A stretch of 64,000 bases of DNA from the NCBI GenBank assembly GCA_001003605.1, contig LCPL01000003.1:1811-65810 (forward strand), in the 5' to 3' direction. The translations under genes and the position numbers were made by a program. The notes beneath the pieces were generated by a model. It was given only the letters and a program-made list of their open reading frames with translations. It had not been told where the DNA came from and ran no database searches. Shown here piece after piece: positions 26,616 through 36,340 of this stretch (position 1 is its first letter; each line of letters opens with the position of its first letter). Source of the DNA: Parcubacteria group bacterium GW2011_GWC2_48_17 (GTDB taxonomy: Bacteria; Patescibacteriota; Minisyncoccia; Phycocordibacterales; UBA10002).

Positions 26616-27527
26616 ATGAAAAAAAAGTTCATAACAGGTCTATTTCTCTTGGCGTTTCCGCTTATCGGTTTTGCGGCCGTAGGCGAATATAACCCGCAAA
26701 GCGTTGGCGCGGGGAATCCTGAACTGCACATAAAAGCTGACGGCACTATTTCACTTCAAAGCGGCCGCGTTGACCAAATCGCCGGTAGCACTTTCTATCT
26801 TGGCCTAAAATGGGGTGCGCTCCCTATGCGTTTTACGATGAAAACCGACGCGCGCACAATAGTTATCAAGCGTTATGGCGGAAGCACGACAGTTTCCCAA
26901 ATTAAAGTTGGAGATTATCTCGACGCCGAGGGCGAGTTCTTCGTCGGCTCTGATTTCTTCGGCATGGACGCCCTCCGCGTCAAGGATTGGTCGCTTCAAG
27001 AGGAATCCGGAACATTTTCTGGCGTGATTATGGAGGTAAACTCCGACGAGCGGCTTGTATTGCGCACACTGCAAAATCAAACTATATCAGTGCGGTTTGC
27101 TACAAGCTCCGCCGTTTCAATCAAAAAGGGCGCGGTAACGATTCCATTCGGACGACTGCGAAAAGGGGATGCCGCTTTGCTTATTTCCGGGGTCTACGAT
27201 TACTCGAAGAACCTTTTGACTGCCGACAGAATAATTGTCTACCAAAACAAGGCCGATTTCACGGCGCGCAACTTCGAGGGGACACTCAAGCAAATAATTT
27301 CAGCGGATATTCCAGCGACGCTCATTGTTTCCGTTAACGGCGTTGAGCATACCGTCAAGCTTTCAGACAAAACGGCTGTGCTAAAGAAAAATCGGAGCGC
27401 CGCGGAGCTTCCACGGTTCGTCGTGGGCGATACCGTGCGATTTTACGGCGCCGTAAGAGAAGAAGAAAAGACGCTGAATGATGTTCTTGTCGTGGACGCG
27501 GAAATAATCCGCAATCTTAACCTGTAA
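26616..27527 (+). CDS. Secreted protein with three DUF5666-like beta repeats
   Basis: Signal peptide MKKKFITGLFLLAFPLIGFA followed by three internally similar modules of about 70 aa. Confidence 0.55.
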   Translation: MKKKFITGLFLLAFPLIGFAAVGEYNPQSVGAGNPELHIKADGTISLQSGRVDQIAGSTFYLGLKWGALPMRFTMKTDARTIVIKRYGGSTTVSQIKVGDYLDAEGEFFVGSDFFGMDALRVKDWSLQEESGTFSGVIMEVNSDERLVLRTLQNQTISVRFATSSAVSIKKGAVTIPFGRLRKGDAALLISGVYDYSKNLLTADRIIVYQNKADFTARNFEGTLKQIISADIPATLIVSVNGVEHTVKLSDKTAVLKKNRSAAELPRFVVGDTVRFYGAVREEEKTLNDVLVVDAEIIRNLNL

Positions 27528-27530
27528 TCT

Positions 27531-27614
27531 GGGTTTACGGAGTACAGATGTTTACGAATATACGGATGCGCCTTTCTTCGTCTGTATATTCGCACGTATC
27601 AGTACTCTGTACGC
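27531..27614 (+). repeat. Structured ~85-bp repeat unit 1 upstream of nrdA
   Basis: Nested inverted repeats: acggagtacag/cagtactctgt and cgaatatacgga/tctgtatattcg. Confidence 0.7.
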
Positions 27615-27704
27615 CTGCGCTCTTGCAGAGTATATCTTCGCCGTGGTCTAACCGATTTTTCCACTGTTTTTTCCTCTTGCAAAAGTCTTTTGGGTGATAG
27701 AATT

Positions 27705-27794
27705 GGGTGTACGGAGTACGAATCTTTACGAATATACGGATACGCGTTTTCTTAATCCATCTGTATATCTGTAAAAATCGGTACTCCGTAAACC
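27705..27794 (+). repeat. Structured ~85-bp repeat unit 2, ending 1 nt before the nrdA ATG
   Basis: gggtgtacggagtacgaatctttacgaatatacggata...tctgtatatctgtaaaaatcggtactccgtaaacc. Similar to unit 1. Confidence 0.7.
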
Positions 27795-27795
27795 T

Positions 27796-30483
27796 ATGGA
27801 GATTTACATCACAAAAAGAGACGGCACTCGCGAACTATTCAATGCGGACCGCATCAACCGCTCCATTGAACGCGCCTGCGCCGGGCTTTCTGACCCGATT
27901 AGTATGGTGACCCAGATCGCGACCGAGACAAAACTCACGCTCTATGACGGAATTACGACAGAGGAGATGGACCAGGCGACAATCAACGCCGCGATTCAGA
28001 ATGTCAAAGAAGATATTGAATACGACAAAGTCGCTACGCGTCTTCTTCTAAAAACAGTCTATCGCCGTGTAGTGGGAGAGTTCGAAAACAGCGAAGAAAC
28101 GCTCGAAAAGATGCACAAAGACGGCTTTGTCCACTACATTACGCAAGGCGTTGCCGAAGGGCTTCTCGATGTCCGTCTTAGGGAGCGTTACAATCTGGAG
28201 AAAATGGCAGATTGCCTTCTTATAGAACGAGACGAGCTCTTCCAGTACGCAGGTCTTTCGTCGCTCCTAAACCGATATGCCATCAAAGACAAGGAACAAC
28301 AGCCGCGCGAGACGCCTCAATACTTCTTTATGCGCATCGCGATGGGTCTTGCCTATGACGAAAAGAACCCGAACGAGTGGGCGAAGAAATTCTACGACAA
28401 AATGTCGCGATTCGAATATATCGCGGGGGGTTCCACCAATATTCACGCCGGCACCCCGCGTCCGGCGCTCTCCAATTGCTTCCTTCTCGAGATTCATGAC
28501 GACATTGAGCATATCGCCAAGTCCGTCGCCGATGTGATTAAGCTCTCCAAGGCTTCCGGCGGCATCGGCGCCTCCATTACGAAACTGCGCGCGGCCGGCT
28601 CCCCGCTCTCTTCAAACAACACAACTTCAAGCGGCCCAACCCCATTCGCGAAAATCATTGATACCGCCATACGGGCGGTTCAGCGCGGCGGAAAGAAGAA
28701 GGGAGCGCTCTGTTTCTATATGGAGAATTGGCACTATGATTTCCCGGAGTTTTTGGATTGGAAGCACAACGCAGGCGACGATTATCTTCGCATGCGCACG
28801 GCAAACACGGCGGTCTTTCTCTCCGATGAATTCATGCGCCGAGTGAGTTCCGGCTCCGACTGGTATATGTTTGACCCGAAGGAAACGGCGGATTTGAACG
28901 AACTTTATGGAGACCGCTTCGTTAAGCGCTACAATGAATATATTGGACAGGCACTTGCTGGGAAACTCCGCATATTCAAGAAAGTCCCGGCGCGAGAACA
29001 ATTCAGACAAATACTCGTTTCGCTCCAGACGACCTCGCATCCGTGGCTTACATGGAAAGACGCGATTAATCTTCGAGCGCTCAACAACAACACCGGCACG
29101 ATTCATATGTCTAACCTTTGCACGGAGATATGCCTTCCGCAGGACAAAGACCACATCGCTGTTTGCAATCTTGCCTCAATCAATCTCGCGGTCCATGTGC
29201 ATAACAAGGAAATTCATTGGAGCAAGCTTGAGTCGAGCGTCCGTTTCGCGCTTCGTCAGCTCGATAATCTCATTGACATCAATGTTCTTCCGGTAAAAGA
29301 GGCGGAAGCCGGAGACAAGGAGAATCGCGCGGTGGGCCTCGGAGTCATGGGATTTACCGACACCATCGAGAAACTCGGCATCGCTTATGACAGTGAACAC
29401 GCCGCTGATTTTGCCGACCGCATTTTTGAATTCATAAGTTACATGGCGATTGATGAAAGCGCCAACCTCGCGCTCGAGAGGGGTTCATACCAAAATTTCA
29501 AAGGGTCGGGATGGTCGCGAGGGAAAGTGCCGATAGACACGCTCGCTCGGCTCGAACGCGACCGCGGTATTCCGCTCACTGTTATGAAAGAGAGCCGGCA
29601 CCGTGGCATCAACTGGGATATCCTCCGCGAGAAGGTTAAAAAAGGAATGCGAAACGCCACATTAATGGCTGTCGCGCCGAACGCGAATATAGGGCTTGTG
29701 GCCGGAACGACCCCGGGCATTGACCCAAGGTTCGCGCAGGTATTTTCGCGCAATAAAATCTCCGGCAAATACTTGGATATAAACCATAACCTCGTGCTTG
29801 ACCTCAAGAACATGGGGCTTTGGGAAAAAGTCCGCGACGAAATCATTGAAACGCAAGGAGACATTGAGCATATCTCCGATATTCCCGCCCATATCAAGAA
29901 CATATATAAGACATCATTTACCACCTCACCGCTTGCTTTCATCGAAGTGGCGGCACGCGCCCAGAAATGGGTAGACCAAGCTCTCTCTCGCAACATGTAT
30001 CTTGAAACGCGCGACATAGACGAAACTATGAAGATATATCAGACTGCGTGGGAGAAGGGAGTAAAGACCACGTATTATCTCCACATGAAGCCGAGGCACA
30101 CGGCGGAGCAATCGACGGTGCGCGTCAACAAAGCGGAGAAATTGGGGAAGCTCGGCTTCGCGGTGGCTTTCGCGCGGAAACCGGAGACCGCGCCCACAGC
30201 ATTCGGCGGTATCTCACAGCTCCAATCACCGCTTTTAGTTCCCAGCAGTACTTCCAATGTGGTAAGCGTGGAATCAAGCAACAGCGTCGCTCTCCCCGAT
30301 ACGAAATCAGACGTTGTAGCAAAGCCAGTACTCACCGTAGAAGAGGTGCTTGCGAAAGCGAATGCGATGGAAAAAATAATGGCGGAAAAGTCCCAAACAC
30401 CGGCGATGTCAGGCAGTTTCGATACTGATGCTTCTGGTCCGGAAGACCCGCAGGATAAATTCATTTGCGACAGCTGCCAATAA
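27796..30483 (+). CDS. nrdA: Ribonucleoside-diphosphate reductase alpha subunit (class I) with an N-terminal ATP-cone
   Basis: ATP-cone ITKRDGTRELF, active-site SNLCTEI, a C-terminal CDSCQ cysteine pair, and an R2-type ferritin-like gene immediately downstream. Confidence 0.85.
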   Translation: MEIYITKRDGTRELFNADRINRSIERACAGLSDPISMVTQIATETKLTLYDGITTEEMDQATINAAIQNVKEDIEYDKVATRLLLKTVYRRVVGEFENSEETLEKMHKDGFVHYITQGVAEGLLDVRLRERYNLEKMADCLLIERDELFQYAGLSSLLNRYAIKDKEQQPRETPQYFFMRIAMGLAYDEKNPNEWAKKFYDKMSRFEYIAGGSTNIHAGTPRPALSNCFLLEIHDDIEHIAKSVADVIKLSKASGGIGASITKLRAAGSPLSSNNTTSSGPTPFAKIIDTAIRAVQRGGKKKGALCFYMENWHYDFPEFLDWKHNAGDDYLRMRTANTAVFLSDEFMRRVSSGSDWYMFDPKETADLNELYGDRFVKRYNEYIGQALAGKLRIFKKVPAREQFRQILVSLQTTSHPWLTWKDAINLRALNNNTGTIHMSNLCTEICLPQDKDHIAVCNLASINLAVHVHNKEIHWSKLESSVRFALRQLDNLIDINVLPVKEAEAGDKENRAVGLGVMGFTDTIEKLGIAYDSEHAADFADRIFEFISYMAIDESANLALERGSYQNFKGSGWSRGKVPIDTLARLERDRGIPLTVMKESRHRGINWDILREKVKKGMRNATLMAVAPNANIGLVAGTTPGIDPRFAQVFSRNKISGKYLDINHNLVLDLKNMGLWEKVRDEIIETQGDIEHISDIPAHIKNIYKTSFTTSPLAFIEVAARAQKWVDQALSRNMYLETRDIDETMKIYQTAWEKGVKTTYYLHMKPRHTAEQSTVRVNKAEKLGKLGFAVAFARKPETAPTAFGGISQLQSPLLVPSSTSNVVSVESSNSVALPDTKSDVVAKPVLTVEEVLAKANAMEKIMAEKSQTPAMSGSFDTDASGPEDPQDKFICDSCQ

Positions 30484-30590
30484 AATACCAATCTGCGAAT
30501 CTCGACCAATCTACGAATACCTACGAATCCGATTTGTCTTATTAGTAGGTATTGGTAGATTAGTACCCATTAGTAGATTGGTAAACACAT

Positions 30591-31619
30591 ATGTTGATTG
30601 GCAAAGCACAACCGGAGGATATGGTCTTGCACCCCATTAGATATCAATGGGCGTATGATTTGTATAATCAAGCGGTTCGAAACACGTGGTTTCCTCACGA
30701 AATAGCTCTCAAAGAAGACTTGGACGATTGGGTTAAGATGACGAATGACGAAAGGCACGCCGTTTCATTTTTGATGGCGTTTTTTAATCCGGCAGAACTA
30801 ATTGTCAATCGTTCAATAGCTCTCGGCATGTACCCCTATATAAAGGCGCCCGAAGCTCACCTATACCTCGCCAAGGTAATGTGGGAGGAAGCAAACCACT
30901 GCGTGGCATTCGAGTATGTGCTGGAAACATTTCCGCTTGACCGCGAGAAAGTGTTTAGCATTCATCTTGAAGTGCCGTCCATGAAAGCTAAAGAAGAGTA
31001 TGTCATCAAATATCTGAAACGCATGACGGAAACTATTTTGGACATCGAAACCGTAGAAGGGAAAAAAGATTTTATCAGAAATCTCGTGGCGACCAATGTC
31101 GTGATGGAGGGGATTTGGTTCTATTCGGGTTTCATGGTCGCCCTATCATTCCGCCAGAGAAACCAACTTCGCAATTTCGGCTCAATGATAAATTGGGTGC
31201 TTCGGGACGAATCGCTTCACTTGAAGTTCGGCATCAACCTCGTACACACAGCGCTGGAAGAAAATCCGGAGCTTCTAACGCCGGAATTCGCGAACGAGAT
31301 TCGCGACATTATCATTGAAGGCGTGGAGCTTGAAACCGCGTACAACAAGGACCTCTTCCCGCGTGGCATCCTGGGGCTCAACGCAGATTATGTCAACCAG
31401 TATGTGCAGTATGTCACCGACCGGCGTCTTGAAGAACTTGGACTCCCGAAGCACTACAATGCCAAAAATCCAGCGAAATGGATGAGCACGGCTACGGATG
31501 TCTTTGAACTGGTGAACTTCTTTGAAGCGCAGAACACCTCGTATGAAGTGGACGGCCACGCGAGCGTTGCCACAAATGCGAAAGAAAAGCCCGCGGGAGC
31601 AGAAAAAGAAACTGAATAG
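30591..31619 (+). CDS. nrdB: Ribonucleoside-diphosphate reductase beta subunit (R2, ferritin-like)
   Basis: EEANHCVAFEY ... VMEGIWFYSGF ... RDESLHLKFG carry the di-iron and tyrosyl-radical site motifs. Confidence 0.8.
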   Translation: MLIGKAQPEDMVLHPIRYQWAYDLYNQAVRNTWFPHEIALKEDLDDWVKMTNDERHAVSFLMAFFNPAELIVNRSIALGMYPYIKAPEAHLYLAKVMWEEANHCVAFEYVLETFPLDREKVFSIHLEVPSMKAKEEYVIKYLKRMTETILDIETVEGKKDFIRNLVATNVVMEGIWFYSGFMVALSFRQRNQLRNFGSMINWVLRDESLHLKFGINLVHTALEENPELLTPEFANEIRDIIIEGVELETAYNKDLFPRGILGLNADYVNQYVQYVTDRRLEELGLPKHYNAKNPAKWMSTATDVFELVNFFEAQNTSYEVDGHASVATNAKEKPAGAEKETE

Positions 31620-31657
31620 CCGATAATTGAATCACTGAATAACGCATATACAAAAAT

Positions 31658-31690
31658 GCCGCCGTTGACATCTGCCGGCGGCCTTTTTTG
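31658..31690 (+). terminator. Rho-independent terminator after nrdB
   Basis: gccgccg-ttgacatct-gccggcggc followed by cttttttg. Confidence 0.7.
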
Positions 31691-31711
31691 TTTCTCAAAC
31701 GAGGTGATACA

Positions 31712-33148
31712 ATGCCGTGTATGTCGGAAAAACCCATCACCATCGTCATATTCGGAGCGACGGGAGACCTTTTTCAGAAAAAGCTCGCGGGAGCGCTATT
31801 TGATTTGGACCAGAAGAAATTGCTTCCGCAACGCACAGAAATAGTGGGATTTTCGCGAAAACCGCTCTCACACGACCAATTCCGCGCGTTTGTGCAAAAC
31901 GCCCTCGCCGCTCGTTCAAACGGCAAAGTCGTCGAGCCGGACGCGTTTGTGGGGAGGGCTATGTATCACCAAGGTGACCTTACCAAAGCGGAAAGCTATG
32001 CAAGCCTGGGCAGGTTTCTTGAGGAGCGAGATCGTATAAATGGCGTCTGCTCCGACAAACTCTTTCACCTCGCGGTTCCGCCGAATCTATATGAAGTTGT
32101 GTTCACCCGCCTCGCCAAATCCGGTCTTGCAATTCCATGCGCGCCGGGACTTCCTAATGAGGCGGTGGCCTGGACCCGCGTCCTCGTGGAGAAACCATTT
32201 GGCAATAACGAGAAGGAGGCAGCCAGACTAGATAGGCTCCTCGGCAAGCTGTTCGAGGAGGAGCAGATATTTCGCATTGACCACTATCTCGCCAAAGAAA
32301 CAATGCAGAACATAATCTCTTTCCGTTTTTCCAACGGTCTCTTCGAACCTCTCTGGAGCCGCAAGCATATCGAAAAGGTGGAAATTAAATTCTTGGAAAA
32401 GAACGACACTTCGGCACGAGGGTCTTTTTATGATGAAGTAGGAGCGCTCCGCGACGTAGGCCAAAATCACATTTTACAGATGCTCGCGCTCGTCGCGATG
32501 GAAAATCCGTGCGGCATTGACGCTACAAAAATACGCGAAGCGCGGCAGAAAGTCCTTGAGAAAGTGTCCGGAGGCGGGCGAGACCTAAATTCCTCCGTTG
32601 TACGCGGGCAATATAAGGGTTATCGAAATGAGCCTGGTGTCCTGCCTAATTCAAACACCGAGACATATTTTAGAATTATTGCGAAGATTGAAAACAACCG
32701 TTGGCGAGGCGTGCCATTCATACTGGAAAGCGGAAAGGCCCTCACGCGCTCCCTCGTCAGCATTTCAGTATATTTCAAACCGGCGCCGTGCCTGTGTCCA
32801 AAGGAACACGAACTGTCGCATCAGAACATACTCACTTTCAACATTTCGCCGGAGGAGAACATCTCCGTGCTTTTTTGGGCGAAGCAACCCGGGTTTAATT
32901 TAGAACTCATTCCGAAAGAACTTTCGTTTTCTTTTACCGCTAGCGTGCTCGAGAAGCAGATTCCGAATGCCTATGAACGCGTGCTTATGGACGTCATTCG
33001 CGGCGACCAAACTCTTTTTATATCCACAAAAGAAGTTAAAGCACAGTGGAAGATTATCACGCCGATATTGGAGAAGTGGGACACGCTTCCGCTGTATCCA
33101 TACGCAAAGGGCTCAACTGGACCTGCGGTTGCGGAACAATCACATTAG
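31712..33148 (+). CDS. zwf: Glucose-6-phosphate 1-dehydrogenase
   Basis: NAD(P)-binding IFGATGDL and the G6PD active-site peptide RIDHYLAKE. Confidence 0.85.
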   Translation: MPCMSEKPITIVIFGATGDLFQKKLAGALFDLDQKKLLPQRTEIVGFSRKPLSHDQFRAFVQNALAARSNGKVVEPDAFVGRAMYHQGDLTKAESYASLGRFLEERDRINGVCSDKLFHLAVPPNLYEVVFTRLAKSGLAIPCAPGLPNEAVAWTRVLVEKPFGNNEKEAARLDRLLGKLFEEEQIFRIDHYLAKETMQNIISFRFSNGLFEPLWSRKHIEKVEIKFLEKNDTSARGSFYDEVGALRDVGQNHILQMLALVAMENPCGIDATKIREARQKVLEKVSGGGRDLNSSVVRGQYKGYRNEPGVLPNSNTETYFRIIAKIENNRWRGVPFILESGKALTRSLVSISVYFKPAPCLCPKEHELSHQNILTFNISPEENISVLFWAKQPGFNLELIPKELSFSFTASVLEKQIPNAYERVLMDVIRGDQTLFISTKEVKAQWKIITPILEKWDTLPLYPYAKGSTGPAVAEQSH

Positions 33149-33206
33149 AATTAAGTATTATGAATTAGGAATTAAGGCATACTTCATAATTCATACTTCA
33201 ATATTC

Positions 33207-34184
33207 ATGCAAATCGGCTATATCGGATTAGGTAAAATGGGACTCGCGCAAGTGGAGAGGCTTTTGAAGAAAGGATACCGCGTGGTCGCATGGAATCGAA
33301 GCGCTGGACCGCGTGAAACGGCGCGAAAGCTTGGCGCGGAAGTGAACGGAACGCTCCAAGAAGTATGCAGGAAAATAAAGAAACCTCGATTGCTGTGGCT
33401 CATGGTTCCGCACGCTGTTGTGGACGATATTATTCAAGAAATTGTTTTGCGCCTTTCAAAAGGAGACACAGTAATCGACGGTGGCAATTCATTTTACAAA
33501 GACTCTATGCGCCGCGCCAAGGAGCTTTCGCGGAAAGGAATCAATTTCTTGGATGTCGGGACTTCCGGCGGCCCATTTGGCGCGCTAAACGGCGCATGTC
33601 TCATGATTGGCGGCAACCGAAGAGTTTTCAGAAGGTGTGAGCCGCTGTTTAGAGATCTTTCCGCACATCTCGCCTATTCCATTATTCGCGCGAATAATGG
33701 AATAAGCAGTATGAGAAGCAAGAAGTCTGGAACAGAAGAAGGCGATTATGCGTATGCGTACATTGGAAAAAACGGGGCGGGACACTTTGTGAAAATGGTG
33801 CACAATGGCATTGAGTACGGCATGATGCAGGCGATAGGAGAAGGTTTTGCGGTGCTTAAGAAATCTCAATTTGCGTTAGACTTACAACAAATTGCGGAAT
33901 TGTATAACAAAGGAAGCGTGGTTGAGTCGCGGCTCATGGGTTGGCTCGCGAAGGCGTTTACAGAGCACGGCGAGAACTTGAAGGATATCTCGGGAGAAGT
34001 AGCGCACAGCGGGGAAGGGCTTTGGACGGTGGAGACGGCAAAAGAACTCCGCGTGCCGGTCAAGGTTATCAATGACTCATTGGACTTTCGCCTTAAGTCC
34101 AAGGGTAATCCGAGCTATACTGGACAGGTGGTGTCGGCACTAAGGAACCAGTTTGGGGGGCACAATGTTAAAAGAAGCGATTAG
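33207..34184 (+). CDS. gnd: 6-phosphogluconate dehydrogenase (decarboxylating), short Gnd/YqeC-like form
   Basis: IGLGKMG Rossmann motif and GAGHFVKMVHNGIEYG. Carries an in-frame palindromic insertion of about 27 aa (HLAYSIIRANNGISSMRSKKSGTEEGD). Confidence 0.8.
   Translation: MQIGYIGLGKMGLAQVERLLKKGYRVVAWNRSAGPRETARKLGAEVNGTLQEVCRKIKKPRLLWLMVPHAVVDDIIQEIVLRLSKGDTVIDGGNSFYKDSMRRAKELSRKGINFLDVGTSGGPFGALNGACLMIGGNRRVFRRCEPLFRDLSAHLAYSIIRANNGISSMRSKKSGTEEGDYAYAYIGKNGAGHFVKMVHNGIEYGMMQAIGEGFAVLKKSQFALDLQQIAELYNKGSVVESRLMGWLAKAFTEHGENLKDISGEVAHSGEGLWTVETAKELRVPVKVINDSLDFRLKSKGNPSYTGQVVSALRNQFGGHNVKRSD
33677..33702. repeat. 26-bp perfect palindrome ttccattattcgcgcgaataatggaa inside the gnd coding sequence
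   Basis: Perfect reverse-complement symmetry. Located in an extra in-frame segment of gnd. Confidence 0.9.
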
Positions 34185-34276
34185 CGTATAGCGTTTAGCG
34201 TTTAGAACAAAGAATCGGGCAGTGCAATATAACAATATACTAATCGCTATACGCTAACCGCTCAACGCTCGATTTC

Positions 34277-35236
34277 ATGGAAGAAGCCATCAGAGATTTT
34301 CATACACAGTTTGCGTGGGAGCCCGTCGTGGTTAATGCAGAGAGACTAAAGGAGCGCAGTAAGTTTGTCGTGGGTGGGATGGGAGGGTCAAATCTGGCCG
34401 CGGGTTTGCTTGCGAGCCTGAGGCCGCAACTTAATATCGTCATTCATCGGGACTATGGATTGCCGCATCTTTCTGATGCGAAGGAGCGTTTATGGCTCGC
34501 GAGTTCGTATTCTGGAAACACCGAAGAGACGATTGATTTCGCAAAGTTTGCGCGGAAGAAAGGGTACGCGGTCGCGACTATTTCAGTCGGAGGGACACTC
34601 TTGAAGTTTGCAAAAAAAGAGCGGCTCCCGCACATTGTGATTCCCAATACGGGGATACAACCACGCAGCGCGCTCGGGTTTTCCGTGTTGGCGATTGCGA
34701 AACTCATTGGCAGAGAACATATTCTGCGAGAACTGCACCGACTCTCTACCATGCTCAAGCCGGAATCATTGCGCGCAAAAGGGGAAAAACTTTCGCGAAT
34801 ACTCAAGGGCAAAGTGCCGATAATTTGCGCGTCAACGAGAAACAGGGAAGTCGCGTACAATTGGAAAATCAAGTTTAATGAAACGGGGAAGATTCCCGCG
34901 TTTTACAACGTCTTTCCCGAACTCAATCATAATGAAATGACGGGGTTTGACGTTATCTCGGCGACGAAAGCATTATCGCGCGCGTTTCATTTTGTTTTTC
35001 TTACGGATATCGCAGACCATCCCAAAATCCAAAAGCGAATGAGTGTGTGCAAGAAACTCTATACGGACCGCAACTTTTCAGTGACCGAGGTGGCTTTAAA
35101 AGGAGGCTCAACGCTTGAAAGAATATTTTCCTCACTCCTTATCGCCGACTGGACTGCACTGCATTTTTCAAGAACATACGGCACCGAGGCGGAAAAAGTA
35201 CCCATGGTCGAGCAGTTCAAAAGACTCATTACATGA
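34277..35236 (+). CDS. pgi: Bifunctional phosphoglucose/phosphomannose isomerase (SIS domain)
   Basis: VGGMGGSNLA SIS motif and about 320 aa, as in archaeal-type PGI/PMI. Confidence 0.7.
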   Translation: MEEAIRDFHTQFAWEPVVVNAERLKERSKFVVGGMGGSNLAAGLLASLRPQLNIVIHRDYGLPHLSDAKERLWLASSYSGNTEETIDFAKFARKKGYAVATISVGGTLLKFAKKERLPHIVIPNTGIQPRSALGFSVLAIAKLIGREHILRELHRLSTMLKPESLRAKGEKLSRILKGKVPIICASTRNREVAYNWKIKFNETGKIPAFYNVFPELNHNEMTGFDVISATKALSRAFHFVFLTDIADHPKIQKRMSVCKKLYTDRNFSVTEVALKGGSTLERIFSSLLIADWTALHFSRTYGTEAEKVPMVEQFKRLIT

Positions 35237-35400
35237 ACTCCTCTCCAATATCGAATATCTAATTTCTAATATCGAAAAAGAAGAAAGTTTCAATATTGAA
35301 TATTAAAAAATTAAGATATTTTTCGAGATTAGATATTCGAAATTTGGTATTAGTTAGGACAATATAATGGTATATTGTAGAGAATATTATTGGTCTAGCT

Positions 35401-35799
35401 ATGCACTATATGGATATTCTATTTCTCATCGGGCGGTTCATCTTCGGAGGATACTTCCTCATGAACGCTTGGAATCATTTTAAAAATCTTGAGGGACTTA
35501 CCGGTTACGCGGCGTCAAAGGGGGTGCCCAACCCGCGCGCCGCCGTGTTTGTGGGTGGCGTGCTCCTTCTTCTCGGAGGTCTCGGCGTGGTGTTCGGCAT
35601 CGCTCCCGAAGCGTCTATCGCGCTCCTCATTATCTTTTTAGTTCCAGTGTCATGGAAGATGCACGCTTTTTGGAAGGAAACGGACCCGAACAGCCAGATG
35701 ATGGAGCGCGTCCAGTTCATGAAAAACATGGCGCTCGTCGGCGCGCTTCTCATGCTCTACGCAGTTTCCGTGCCGTGGGTGTACAACGTGCTTGAGTAA
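35401..35799 (+). CDS. DoxX-family membrane protein
   Basis: Four TM helices with LIGRFIFGGYFL, a DoxX-like segment. Confidence 0.65.
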   Translation: MHYMDILFLIGRFIFGGYFLMNAWNHFKNLEGLTGYAASKGVPNPRAAVFVGGVLLLLGGLGVVFGIAPEASIALLIIFLVPVSWKMHAFWKETDPNSQMMERVQFMKNMALVGALLMLYAVSVPWVYNVLE

Positions 35800-36046
35800 A
35801 ACACAGAAGCAACGCGGGGAAAGACACCATCTTATACTTATATTAAGAAAGCTCGTCAGGTAACTCTCCACACTCCCCGAAAAACCCTTGAAAATCAAGG
35901 ATATTTCAAATACCCTCATCAGCTATTGACAGAGATGTTAATGCGTGTATTATGTGAAGTGGAATGTAAGGGGTTTGCGACGGCTGTTTCCGTTCGCATT
36001 TAAAACCCTTACCGATAGCATAACGGATCTTAGACAAAGGCATACA

Positions 36047-36292
36047 ATGGCTAAATCAGGTCCCATAGAAGCAGAAGTCACTGATGTGATTCGTACGGAG
36101 AAAGGTTTATACGCCGTCACTCGTCCAAAGGGGAGCAATCCTCTCTTGCGGCAGGGTGAGACTGTAACCTTTTCTTTGGAGGCGTGGCAAGGGAAGCGCG
36201 TTCCAAAAACAGGACAGGTAGTCAGCCTTTTCGAGGTTGAAAAATTCCGGAAAGGTTGGAGAGCTGGTCGGGTGGAACCAATCAGTTTGTAA
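36047..36292 (+). CDS. Hypothetical small protein (81 aa)
   Basis: Start at MAKSGP. Lies same-strand immediately upstream of the ParB-like gene. Confidence 0.4.
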   Translation: MAKSGPIEAEVTDVIRTEKGLYAVTRPKGSNPLLRQGETVTFSLEAWQGKRVPKTGQVVSLFEVEKFRKGWRAGRVEPISL

Positions 36293-36340
36293 GGTAGCAA
36301 TCAGAAAAACAGCAACAGCAACAAAAGAAAGACAGAAAGA

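Noticed and set aside
27531-27795. Possible CRISPR array (two similar ~85-bp units about 175 bp apart)
   Set aside because: Only two units, which are imperfect and internally palindromic. No cas genes in the window. The position directly upstream of nrdA fits a regulatory leader better.
33148-33207. zwf-gnd spacer (attaagtattatgaattaggaattaagg...) as a transposon end
   Set aside because: Short AT-rich imperfect hairpin consistent with the lineage-typical spacer architecture. No inverted terminal partner or transposase.
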